From assembly GCA_964016885.1 (NCBI GenBank), contig OZ024741.1, positions 390,600,001 to 390,664,000 on the forward strand: 64,000 nt of DNA, given 5' to 3'. Below the pieces are notes generated by a model. The model had not been told where the DNA came from. It was given only the letters and a program-made list of their open reading frames with translations, and ran no database searches. Below, piece by piece: positions 53,332-64,000 of this stretch. The position numbers and the translations under genes are program-made. This DNA comes from Eledone cirrhosa (lineage: Eukaryota). Numbering within the stretch: the first letter of the stretch is position 1; each line of letters begins with the position of its first letter.

Positions 53332-53906
53332 CTTCTTCACCCACTTATTCCTGAGAGGGTCGTGGGAGCAGAGTCCTCAAACACTCCTTCCAATGGGTCC
53401 TATCAGAAGCAACCGTCTCCAACTGATCTGGCTGGATGCCCAAGCAAGACCAGCCAAGCTCATGGATATTATCCAACCATCTTGCTCAGAGTCTACCCCT
53501 GGGTCTCCTGCCGGTTAGTCACTGCAATGTTAGATATAGTTAAGAATGAGTCATATATCCTGATGGGAGACTTCAATGTACATGTTGGAACTGACCACCT
53601 AACATGGAAAGGAGTGATTAGAAGGAACGGCGACCCCAATCTAAATATGAATAGAGAGGCCTTACTAGACTTCTGTTCTAGCAATGGACTCTCTATTATG
53701 AACACCTTCCAGCACAGAGACATCCATAAATCTACATGGTATAAGGGGAATCAGGGACAGATATCAATAATTGATTTTCTTCTTGTCTCTGATCTCTTTG
53801 ATTCGGTGCTGTATGGTTCATGTTAAGAGAGGGGCTGAGCTGTCAAATGATCTCCATCTAGTTACCTGCAACTTTGGACTACCTAAAGCTAAAGAACCCA
53901 CAAAAC
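53332..53906 (-). mobile_element. RTE LINE insertion with 5' inversion: minus 3' end (53332-53516) joined to plus EN segment (53517-53906)
   Basis: Flanking TSD TGCATTTAAAATAT (53318-53331) / TGCATTTACAATAT (53907-53920); EN motifs ILMGDFNVHVG, IIDFLLVS, RGAELSND. Confidence 0.85.
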
Positions 53907-54479
53907 TGCATTTACAATATGACAGAAAAAAATTATAATCTTACTATTTAACAAGCATAACCATTTATTGTTGCTCCTTAAATCCTCATCATCATACATC
54001 ATTTAACATAAATTCTTCCATGCTGGCATAGGTTGGACAGGTCCTCACAGATTAAGTCAGTACTTAATTGGAGTTACTATTCTCCCAGATGAACTGGAGC
54101 AACGTATTACCCATGTACGTACCTGTTTCAGATTAGTTTCTATAGCTGGATGCCCTTGCTATCACCACCCACTTTACAAAGTGTACTATATATATATCAT
54201 CATCATCGTTTAACGTCCATCTGCCACGCTAGCATGGGTTATATATATATATATATCACCACCACCCCACTCTCAAGAGCATGAACCAAATAAACCTTTA
54301 TTTGTCTGCCTCTCTGTTTTTGTTCCCGTCCAAGTTTTCACTATATATATATATATATATATATAGTACACTTGGAAAAATTTGAAAAAAAGATAAAATC
54401 ATACAAAATGAATATTTAAAAATATGGGTGAAGACAATGGAAAAACAAACGAAACACAGACAGTCCCATCTCATCAGTC

Positions 54480-54524
<45 letters not shown>

Positions 54525-55639
54525 CGATTTTTCTCTCACATTAATATGATGATGTGTGTGGGTTTGCATCAGATCTGCCTATAACTGCTTTTCCATGCTG
54601 CCAGCTGTCATTATCTCCCCTTTGCCATTCACTAGTGAGACATCCAACACTACTCTTACCATCACCCATCTCTTAATATACACCACTCAATCTCTCTCTC
54701 TCACTCACTAACAAACATGTAGCTGCCACCACTATCTCTCTTCCATTACCCAACTCTCTCTCTCTTTTCCATTATTCTTTCCTCTAGTATTCACTCACCC
54801 CAAGCACTCTGTTCTGCTCATCATACTCTTACTCCTCTCATCCTAGTCCTTGTTCTCTCTTCTATTCACCCTCATGGTAACATTGCCTTCAATGAATGAA
54901 GACACTGTAAAAAAAAAAATAAGGACTCATAAGCCTTGTCAGTCACAAAGTGACCTCCTCACTAGTGCTTATGCCATGTTAAAATGCAGCCAGTATAGTC
55001 ATAATGGAGTTAATGAATGAGTAGAGACAAGGGTAGGGAGGATTTTTTTAGTCTGGCTCAGAACAATTTCTCTGGTGTTGCATCATGATAAACTGTTGGG
55101 AAGGACATCCAGCTGTAGAAACTACATAAAAAATACGGAACATATGAGTGAGATGTGGTCCCTCCAACATGTCTAATAATTCTAAATAAAAACAGATTTG
55201 GATCAAGACAATTTTTCCAACCCATGCCACTATGGAAAGAGGGCATAAAATGATAATGATACATACACACTCAAAGATATATAAGGGAAACTACCTAATC
55301 ATTTATTCAAATTGCCACCATGCTATTTTTTTCTTTTTGGTTTGTTCAACAGCAAATTTATTACAACTTAAAACAAATCTTTGAACAAAATAAGACAACT
55401 AAATAAATCAGAGTGAATAGCAGGCATAGCAAGGCATTTAGTCAGAGCCGAAACTAAATGCTAACAGCTCCTGATTACATGGCAGGGTTATTATTCATTC
55501 TAATATGGAAGGGTTTCAACCCAAGCACATTAAACCAAAAGACTGATCAATTTTTAATTACATTGTTGCCCCATCATCAATTTATTTTCTTTATTTAGCT
55601 ATTCATATCTATTTATCTTTCATGTACCCTCATTAATAA

Positions 55640-56022
55640 CAGAGGGTCAACAATTCTATGCTTGCCTGGCATGGCTCCGTAACTCCTGGTGAAGTCGTAG
55701 AGGCGCTGTATTGACATGCAGCATTTCTATGGCATTTTAAAACCTGGCGGAGTCCATTTCCTCTCCAGCTCTGAATACAGCAGATTTCTTCAAGAGAAGG
55801 GTAGAAAGTGAGAGATTGGAAATGAGAAACAGATATTGAGGGGGGGAAAAAAAAAAAAAAAGAAAAAAAAAATCGACCCCAGTACTAGACTGGTACTTTT
55901 TTTTATCAACCTCGAATGGATAAAAGGCAAAGTTGACTTCAGCAGGATTTGAACTCAGAGAGCAGAGGGCTGAAACAAATACCACAACGCATTCTATTTA
56001 ACATTGTAACAGCTCTGCCAAA
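55640..56022 (-). mobile_element. SINE family A head and centre with alternative tail B
   Basis: B box GAGTTCAAATCC and central domain, then a tail matching 24090-24300. Confidence 0.7.
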
Positions 56023-56074
56023 GGTACTACAAAACACATGTTACAGGATACATACTCACAACACTTCAACCACA

Positions 56075-56300
56075 AACTGGCAGAGTATTTAGAACATAGG
56101 CAAATGCCCTTTGGTATTTAATCCAGCTCTCTCCATCTTTGAGTTCAAATCCTGCTGAGATCAACTTTACCTTTCAGAGTAGATAAAATAAAGTACCAGT
56201 CTAGAGCAGTGGATTGGCAGAATTGTTAGAGTGTAGAGCAGGCAAGATGCCTTGCAGTGTTTGTTCCACCACTTTGCATTCTCAGTTCAAATATATCGGT
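56075..56300 (+). mobile_element. Two partial family-A SINEs
   Basis: TGGCAGA..GAGTTCAAATCC..GATAAAATAAAGTACCAGT; second head from ~56208. Confidence 0.65.
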
Positions 56301-56988
56301 GTGGTCTACTTGACTTACTGGAACTTAGAAGCTCCTACGTCTTGAGACTCATGAAGCAGCCAAAGTGCTCCAATGACCAAAGTCAGTTGCATCGATCAAT
56401 ACATTGTTCCAACTTTTGTTGATGGGTTTCAGGTCTCTGTCAATTGTCTGCCACCAGTTCATCTTGGGATGTCCTCTTCACCTTTTTCCATGGGGGTACC
56501 AATACAGGATTTGATTAACATGTCACTCACTTGGGAATTGTGAGGCAAGTCCCTACCAGCCAAGTAAATGCTTGTACATGATGTTAGATGTTAGGCACAC
56601 GCTATTGGTAGGTCCATTGACAGACTTCTTTATTGATGCCTTGGGTGGTAGACTTAATCTGTCATCCAGTTCAACAGCAACATGTGACTCTTGAGTGCAT
56701 TTAACTGAGTGTCCATTCTGTTGTAAAGCATCCAGAACAAGTTTCTAGTTTAAATATACAATCCGCCAGCCCTCCCACTGGTTGGGGGGAGGGGGGTACC
56801 AAAAAGGGTTATAAGCACTGCCCTTCCCTCCCTTACTAAACAGTAAAAAAAAAAAAGACAAGCCACACATTATAACTGGATATTTACAATTAATCTAGAA
56901 AATACTTAAACTAACAATGCTATTTTGTTTGGAATATATTCATCAACAATGAATTTGTGAATAAGGACAAAAATTAATATAGACTTAC

Positions 56989-57025
56989 TTTTGTGGTTTA
57001 TGTTGCCAACAAAAGAATATATACT
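56989..57025 (-). CDS. Weak candidate 37-nt exon (SIYSFVGNINHK+1)
   Basis: ttttag|AGT...AAAA|gtaagt: consensus donor, weak acceptor. Confidence 0.2.
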
Positions 57026-57559
57026 CTAAAACCAATATTAACTGACACTCAAACAACCACGGCTACAATCACCATTCCAACTATAATAAAATTATGAATT
57101 TTATTTCATCTATCAAACCATTTGATTGTGGTAGAAATATTTTTATTTTATTATCAATTATTCCACATGGGTATGAAAAAGCAATTTCATCCATTATAAT
57201 CTCTCAATTCTTCTGTGGCTGTCAATTCTCCTAAATAACCCCTAATTAACTCAAGTCTTACATGACTGAGTCTCATTTCAAGCTCTGGTTTTACTATATA
57301 TTTTTAACAGTCAACATACATTCATCATGAGTGTCTCATTTCCATTCAGTAATCAATACTACTTATAATTCAAACATTTTCTTGTTTCATTTGCATTTAA
57401 TCTATTCTTCAAATTTATTACACATGTTCAGTTGATTACACATTGTTAATTATCTCCCATTTATATATTTGTAACACTATGCTACTTCTCACATCACTGA
57501 TTATATATATATATCCAGGGAGTGTAACTTTATTTCACTATATATATATATATATATAT

Positions 57560-57865
57560 TCATTCATTCATTTCATTTTACGTCCGCTTTTCCCTGCTTG
57601 CAAGGGTGATTTCTACAGCTGGATGCCCTTCCTAACACCAACCTCATTTACAGTGAGTGCTGGGTGCTTTTTTTGCTGTGGCACCTCCACGACCACTTTG
57701 CAGTGGAATGGGGTCCCTATCATCTCATTTCTACAGCTGAGTAAACTGGAGCAATGTGAAATAAAGTGTCTTGCTCAAGGAAACAACACATCACCCGGTC
57801 TGAGAATTGAACTCACAACCTTTCGATTGCAAAGCCAATGGTCTAACCACTAAGCCATGTGCCTA
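57560..57865 (-). mobile_element. SINE family B, young copy inserted in (TA)n
   Basis: Near-identical to 5915-6262 apart from a small tail deletion; (TA)n on both sides. Confidence 0.88.
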
Positions 57866-58141
57866 TATATATATATATATATAGTAATAATAATAAATAT
57901 ATATATATATATAGTAATAATAATAAATATATATATATATAGTAATAATAATAAATATATATATATATATAGTAATAATAATAATAAATATATATATATA
58001 TATAGTAATAATAATAATAAATATATATATATATATAGTAATAATAATAATAAATATATATATATATATAGTAATAATAATAATAAATATATATATATAT
58101 ATAGTAATAATAATAATAAATATATATATATAGTAATAATA

Positions 58142-58191
<50 letters not shown>

Positions 58192-58266
58192 ATAATAATA
58201 AATATATATATATATATATATATAGTAATAATAAATATATATATATATATATATATAGTAATAATA

Positions 58267-58302
<36 letters not shown>

Positions 58303-58308
58303 ATAATA

Positions 58309-58348
<40 letters not shown>

Positions 58349-58354
58349 ATAATA

Positions 58355-58385
<31 letters not shown>

Positions 58386-58394
58386 GTAATAATA

Positions 58395-58432
<38 letters not shown>

Positions 58433-58438
58433 ATAATA

Positions 58439-58480
<42 letters not shown>

Positions 58481-58486
58481 ATAATA

Positions 58487-58528
<42 letters not shown>

Positions 58529-58534
58529 ATAATA

Positions 58535-58565
<31 letters not shown>

Positions 58566-58574
58566 GTAATAATA

Positions 58575-58612
<38 letters not shown>

Positions 58613-58618
58613 ATAATA

Positions 58619-58649
<31 letters not shown>

Positions 58650-58692
58650 GTAATAATAATAAATATATATATATATATATATAGTAATAATA

Positions 58693-58728
<36 letters not shown>

Positions 58729-58772
58729 ATAATAATAAATATATATATATATATATATATATAGTAATAATA

Positions 58773-58810
<38 letters not shown>

Positions 58811-58852
58811 ATAATAATAAATATATATATATATATATATATAGTAATAATA

Positions 58853-58889
<37 letters not shown>

Positions 58890-58922
58890 TATATATATAT
58901 ATATATATATATAGTAATAATA

Positions 58923-58968
<46 letters not shown>
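57866..58968. repeat. 1.1-kb compound array [(TA)n-G-(TAA)3-5-A], about 27 units
   Basis: Direct inspection; variable TA run per unit. Confidence 0.97.
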
Positions 58969-58972
<4 letters not shown>

Positions 58973-59300
58973 GAATATCCAAGTTAGCTAAGTTGAAAAA
59001 AAATACAAATTAAAAACAAGGCTGTTGCCCAATATAGGTTTGTTATTTTTATTGATTTATTACTTTAAATCGAGTCAGGCAAACCATATTGTTTTAAGTT
59101 AGTATTTTTTTCAATCTAGCTAACTTGGTCATTTGCAATTGGAACACATGTATACTTGTATCTGTGTTCATTCCCTCTTATATATTCAATTATATTACAC
59201 GGCTCGGAAAGATTCCTTTCTTTGAGCTATTTAATTGTAAAAGACTATTTTGAGTTTCTAACTCAATGTATGATATTTATCTATCTATCTATCTATCTAT

Positions 59301-59404
59301 GAAATTGTTTGTTTTTATATTTTTTACACGACTGTATGTAAAATCCCCGGCATGTCTTTGTATTGTCCCTTTTCTTGTTGCGCCCTTGTGGCTAATAAAG
59401 AAAT
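59301..59404 (+). mobile_element. Tx1-type LINE, extreme 5'-truncated copy (3' UTR only)
   Basis: Ends GTGGCTAATAAAGAAAT like 60098-60115; flanked by (CTAT)n on both sides. Confidence 0.8.
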
Positions 59405-59413
59405 CTATCTATC

Positions 59414-60116
59414 AAGCTCTACAGACATGGGCGCCCGGGCAGGGACCCTGCAAAAAAGATCTGTCCGAGGTGCGTGCGAGACCAAGAAACCGTCGCGCAC
59501 GCATTCATACACTGCCCGGGCATCACTGACCTGTGGGGCTATGTAGAACGACTATTGTCGCGGGTGGGACCAGTCCAGTTGACCACCGAGTCCATTGTCA
59601 TGATCAAACCGCCACCCTCCTTCAAAAACGAAGGAGAGGCGGTTTTCCTTTGTGTGATAGCTATGACGAAAGAGGTTGTATGGTGGACAAGGTTGAAAGG
59701 GCTGAGGTCAGACACCTTTCTCTCCGGCCAACTGATTCTTTTTTTCAAATACCACTTTGGAAGAAGAATCAGGATGGAGAGAGAGGTGCTGTACCCCAGC
59801 AAGTTTTATGAAAGGTAGGTGAAAGTGGCGAGAATGGCCCGAGTGAATGGGCCTTCTCTCTATATCAGCCTATAGGTTGAGGAAAAGGAGGAGGAGAGGA
59901 AGGGAGTACAAACTCTTCGTACTCCTGGAGATGAGGGTTGCACATTTTTTTTCGGGGGTATGTGTTACCCATATAAACTGTCTCCCTCTATTGGGGAAAA
60001 TCGACTAACTTTTTAAATTCCATCTGTGATAACATTTTACACGTTTTTATTGTATGTAAACTTCCCCCTTTGTATTTGTCCCCTTCTTTTGTGCCCCTGT
60101 GGCTAATAAAGAAATA
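59414..60116 (+). mobile_element. Tx1-type LINE, 5'-truncated (ORF2 C-terminal zinc knuckle and 3' UTR)
   Basis: KLYRHG..CPRC..DQETVAHAFIHC (CCHC); 3' end GTGGCTAATAAAGAAAT then (TATC)n. Confidence 0.88.
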
Positions 60117-60354
60117 TATCTATCTATCTATCTATCAGACGTGTGTAACTTCGCGGAGAAGTTTCCGTTAATTTATGTAAGAAAAAAACGTGAGTTTTTA
60201 GTTAAATTTTATATCATTGTGTAACTTCACCCCCCGTCTGAACCTTCAGGTGGTGGGTCAACTCATTTTCGCCCCTACAGGGGCGGAATATTCATTTGAA
60301 AAATTTTTTCTCCATCGAATCTTGGAAAACATATTGTAAAATTTTGATTACGTT

Positions 60355-62235
60355 ATGAACGCTGCGTCCAACGATAATGGTGGTGGAGAGGCGGTAAGAC
60401 TACAAAGCTCGCAGTCAACAACGTCTTCTTCACTAGATACTATAGAGATGGAAAGACAAAATGAAAATGTAAAAACGAATTCATATCCAAACAACACAAA
60501 TGACACCAAACAGCTCAATGACAACAAAAATAACAGCAACACCAAAAGCAACAATGATAACAACAACAAAGAAAAAAATAAAGACAACACCAATAACACC
60601 AGCATTAAAGACAACAACAACACCAAGGAAAAGACGAATACTATCAACATCGGTGACAACAAGAATAACAACAAGAATAACAACAATAATGATAACACCA
60701 CCAATACGGATTCCACAAAGAAACCAAAAATCTCCTTTGCAGAGAAAGTTCAAAAGAAGGAAGAATTGATATATCTCGACATAACAAATGCTGAACAACT
60801 TTTAAAGGACGCTAGGAGATATGTCACTTTCGAAAAAAATGGTGCTTTCAGCATCAATTCTCCGGTAGAAATTCGCAAGGAAACTGCTCTCAAAACGATA
60901 GTTTTTAGGACAGTTTCCAATTCTACCCGAAAACCAGTCCAATTGTCACAGAAAGAAATTGAACTGGTTTTCAAAAGTTTAATGAATGATATTGCATTCA
61001 TTCAAAGAAGCAAACTTGTTGGGAGTATTTCGGTACTCATGAAGGTCAATAGACGGCCCAAAATTACTGTGTCGCCAATTGTATCCAACCTGTACACATT
61101 TTTCCCTACATACATGGGAAAAAGGACACAAAAGATCAAAATCACGAGTGTCACACCAAAGGTGAACATATGGTGGATACTGTGCGACTTCATCAATTTT
61201 GATGAAGACAGAATACTGTCGGTAGGAAAGTCCCCCAGAGATGTATTCAATGAGACTAGCATTGAAGTTCTGGTGCAAATGAGCCCAGAGCGAATAGCTA
61301 TGATCCCACAACTTGTACTCCTGGACGGACTCACCTACATAAACTTTTCGGTTGAGGGTAGGCGGCCTTCATGTTACCATTGCTTTAGCAGGGGTCACCT
61401 GAGGGCTTCCTGTCCTAAATTAATGAACCAAAAAAAGGCTCTTCTGCCGACACCCATCAAAACAACACAACCACCAACACCACCACAACAACAACACCAA
61501 CACACAAACATAACCACAACAAACACAGTCCCACCCAACCCCACTCCACCTAAAACCACTGCAAAATCACATACAGACACAACAGCTCCCCAAGACATAC
61601 CCCTCCCCAATCACACAGACGATACAACAGATGAGGCTATCTCGCCATCACCCAGTGAAGACGAGGGAGAACCCCATCGCTCGAAAAGAAAGAAAAGACA
61701 TCACATAAGCAAAAACCCAGCAAACACTACCACAAACATACAACCACCAACACAAACAACACAAACATCACAAACAAAACTCCCTCCTCCAGAAAACAAA
61801 ATACCTACAACAAAACGAAAGCACACACAAGAACTACAGACAAAAACAAACACAACACAAGAAAATTACACTTACACTTACATAAACACTGAAAACAAAA
61901 CACTAATGGAGACCATCACGAACGACCCTTCGGTGAAAACCAAAGGGAAAACTTTCGCCCACTCTATTAAAAATAACAAAAAACTGAACCTAAAACTGAT
62001 TAGGGTCCCTATACAAACTTATAGGTCCCTAAAAGAAACATTTGAGAAGGATGTGGGGAATTCCTGCGTGAAACCACTTAACTGCGTCCTTCTCAAATGT
62101 CTCCCCACCCCAGCCACCCCCATCCCACCAAACATCTTTGTCCCCCACCCCACCGGAAACCACCACCCATCCAGACAACCCCTCCAACACCCCCATGGAA
62201 ATCGTGCAGCCTGGTCCCCAGGAGACGAAGGGTGA
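60355..62235 (+). CDS. LINE ORF1p: Asn-rich N-terminus, gag-like CCHC knuckle, Pro/Thr-rich C-terminus
   Basis: 626-aa open frame; VEGRRPSCYHCFSRGHLRASC. Confidence 0.85.
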   Translation: MNAASNDNGGGEAVRLQSSQSTTSSSLDTIEMERQNENVKTNSYPNNTNDTKQLNDNKNNSNTKSNNDNNNKEKNKDNTNNTSIKDNNNTKEKTNTINIGDNKNNNKNNNNNDNTTNTDSTKKPKISFAEKVQKKEELIYLDITNAEQLLKDARRYVTFEKNGAFSINSPVEIRKETALKTIVFRTVSNSTRKPVQLSQKEIELVFKSLMNDIAFIQRSKLVGSISVLMKVNRRPKITVSPIVSNLYTFFPTYMGKRTQKIKITSVTPKVNIWWILCDFINFDEDRILSVGKSPRDVFNETSIEVLVQMSPERIAMIPQLVLLDGLTYINFSVEGRRPSCYHCFSRGHLRASCPKLMNQKKALLPTPIKTTQPPTPPQQQHQHTNITTTNTVPPNPTPPKTTAKSHTDTTAPQDIPLPNHTDDTTDEAISPSPSEDEGEPHRSKRKKRHHISKNPANTTTNIQPPTQTTQTSQTKLPPPENKIPTTKRKHTQELQTKTNTTQENYTYTYINTENKTLMETITNDPSVKTKGKTFAHSIKNNKKLNLKLIRVPIQTYRSLKETFEKDVGNSCVKPLNCVLLKCLPTPATPIPPNIFVPHPTGNHHPSRQPLQHPHGNRAAWSPGDEG

Positions 62236-62272
62236 GTGATCTCTTTTCCTCTTTTAACTTTTCAGCACCAAC

Positions 62273-64000
62273 ATGGCCAATATAAGAGTTGGATGTGTGA
62301 ACGTACACGGCCTGGAGATGCCCTGGAAACAGGGCAAACTCTTAAACGACCTCAGGTCGCACAGTATGGATGTGGTAGCCATTTGCGAGTCCAGGATCCA
62401 CAGCGAGCGACAGCTGGCCCCCATCTTCAATGACTTTGAGATCTACGCATTTCTCTGTCAACCGAGGGGTGGGGGCGGAGTTGCCGTTTTGCTGCGGAAG
62501 CACCTGGGCCTCGTTACACATACGGTACATCTGGACCCGGAGGGTCGACTGGTGGTCCTAGACGTTGGCGGTAGTGAAGGTGGAGCCTTCAGGCTGGTGG
62601 CCACATATGCCCTATCCGGGACACCGCGGCCAGACTTCTTCAAACGTCTAGAGACTTTTCTGGGAACGTCCCGCTCCTTGCTTTTAGTGGGGGACTGGAA
62701 TGGAATCCTAGATGCACGTTGGGACTATGTGGGAGCATGTCCCGATAAAGGGGGGGTGTAACAGCCTCAAACAGTTAATCGACCGATTTGACCTGGCCGA
62801 TAGATATCGACTAGATTTTCCGACTGCGCCACTGTGGACGTGGAGTAATCGTAGCGGAACATCTACATCGTACCTAGATAGGGTTCTAGTTAGAAATAAG
62901 GATAGGGACATGTTAAGCTGTCCACAAATGTTCATGGTTGCCTATTCAGATCACAAACTAGTGACCTGCATGGCCAACCTTGATAGAACCCATAGACAAG
63001 GACCCGGCTACTGGAAGCTGAACTTGTCGTTACCGACAAGCAAAGCCTACAGTAGACGGATTAGCACTTTAGTTAAACACCACTTGACAGGGGCCATTGT
63101 CAACAACAGATGGTGGTACTCTCTCAAGAGGGCAGTTAGATTAAACTCGATAGTTTTTAGTAAAGAATTAGCGTTAGATAGAAATAGAACCGAGAAGGAA
63201 CTGGTAGATAAAGTAGAAGAGGCAATTAGAAGTGGCAACGTAGCCAGCGTGCTAGCAACGAAAATGGCCTTGGACCAGTTCTTCGATGCAAAGCACGAGG
63301 GCTGCGTTGTCAGAAGCAAAATACGTGCTCTGGGAAACGAGGGAGCTAAAGCTGTTAGCTGGGCCCGAGTGACGGAGGCAAAAAGTGGCAACAAGTCCAC
63401 GATTCGGTCTTTGAAGGACCAAAACGGACGCGTGATACGTGAGCCGAAGCAGATGTGTGTGGCCTTTCAGCGGCACTTTGCTCAACTGTTCGGGAGGGTC
63501 GGCACGCCGGGAGGGGCTATGGATTTCAATTCATACCTCGACGGCCAACCACGACTCTCGGACAGCGAGACAAAGTTCTGCGAAAAGCCGATTTCAGCCG
63601 CTGAGATAGGGGACGCGTTGAGCCAATGCGGCAAACGCAAATCTCCAGGTCTCGACGGTCTACCCTACGAATTTTACGTAGCAATGCCGGACTTATTCTC
63701 CGGTCTCCTGCAACTGGCAACAGAACGGGAGAATTCCCAGTTCTGTAACCGGGGGCGTAGTCACACTAACCAGGAAGGACGAGAATAAGGGGGATGACAT
63801 AGGCAACTTCCGGCCCATAACTCTGCTGAACACAGAGTTACAGATTTTGGCCAAGGTGTTGGCAAAGAGGCTGGCGCTTGTCGTCGAGAACCTGGTGGGA
63901 GAAACACAGACATGCGCAATCCCGACCAGGTCCATACACGACAACCTCCACCTCATGTGATACATCATAGAGAGGGTAGGGTGTAAACCCGGCTTCGGTG
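62273..64000 (+). pseudogene. LINE ORF2p (APE endonuclease and start of RT), disrupted
   Basis: VGCVNVHGL, ICESRI, VGDWNGIL, SYLDRVLV, YSDHKLV, GPGYWKLN, KSPGLDGLPYEFY, NFRPITLLN; frameshifts near 62755 (G run) and ~63705, stop at ~63958. Confidence 0.88.

Larger units (their letters stand above)
60137..64000 (+). mobile_element. Tx1/L1-group LINE with apparently intact 5' end (5' UTR, ORF1, ORF2), running off the right edge
   Basis: Starts directly after (TATC)5; two-ORF architecture. Confidence 0.92.

Noticed and set aside
53122-53826. 234-aa ORF as a novel gene
   Set aside because: Chance read-through of flank, antisense RTE 3' end and RTE endonuclease fragment
57866-58968. CRISPR-like repeat/spacer periodicity
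   Set aside because: The 'spacers' are only variable TA runs; eukaryotic context and no cas genes
57843-58982. 379-aa Y/I-rich ORF and overlapping ORFs
   Set aside because: Translation of the (TA)n/(TAA)n array; not a protein
60348-61610. Hydrophobic antisense ORFs opposite ORF1
   Set aside because: Mirror of the A/C-rich low-complexity ORF1 codons

Overview
AT-rich, repeat-dense eukaryotic genomic DNA, most likely an octopod cephalopod. This is inferred from the tRNA-derived SINE families and the RTE/R4/Tx1 LINE content, not from a database search. The window looks like a long intron or intergenic stretch. No intact host gene is visible, only one good and one weak minus-strand micro-exon candidate. 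Most of the window is transposon-derived: many RTE-group LINE fragments (one family has a C4HC3 PHD finger inside ORF2), two R4/Dong-type RLE LINE 3' ends, Tx1/L1-group LINEs, a Gypsy (CsRN1-like) composite, a Helitron helicase remnant, two hAT transposase remnants, hAT and piggyBac-like MITEs, several SINE families and large microsatellites. Highlights: (1) three head-to-tail Tx1 copies, each joined at (TATC)n, suggesting a LINE that targets GATA/TATC microsatellites; (2) two RTE insertions with 5'-inversion (twin-priming) geometry, one bounded by a 14-bp TSD; (3) a SINE and its partner LINE with a shared 3' tail; (4) unexplained 113-bp near-identical direct repeats; (5) ~180-bp inverted repeats bracketing a LINE; (6) two strong isolated hairpins. 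Boundaries of degenerate elements are approximate.
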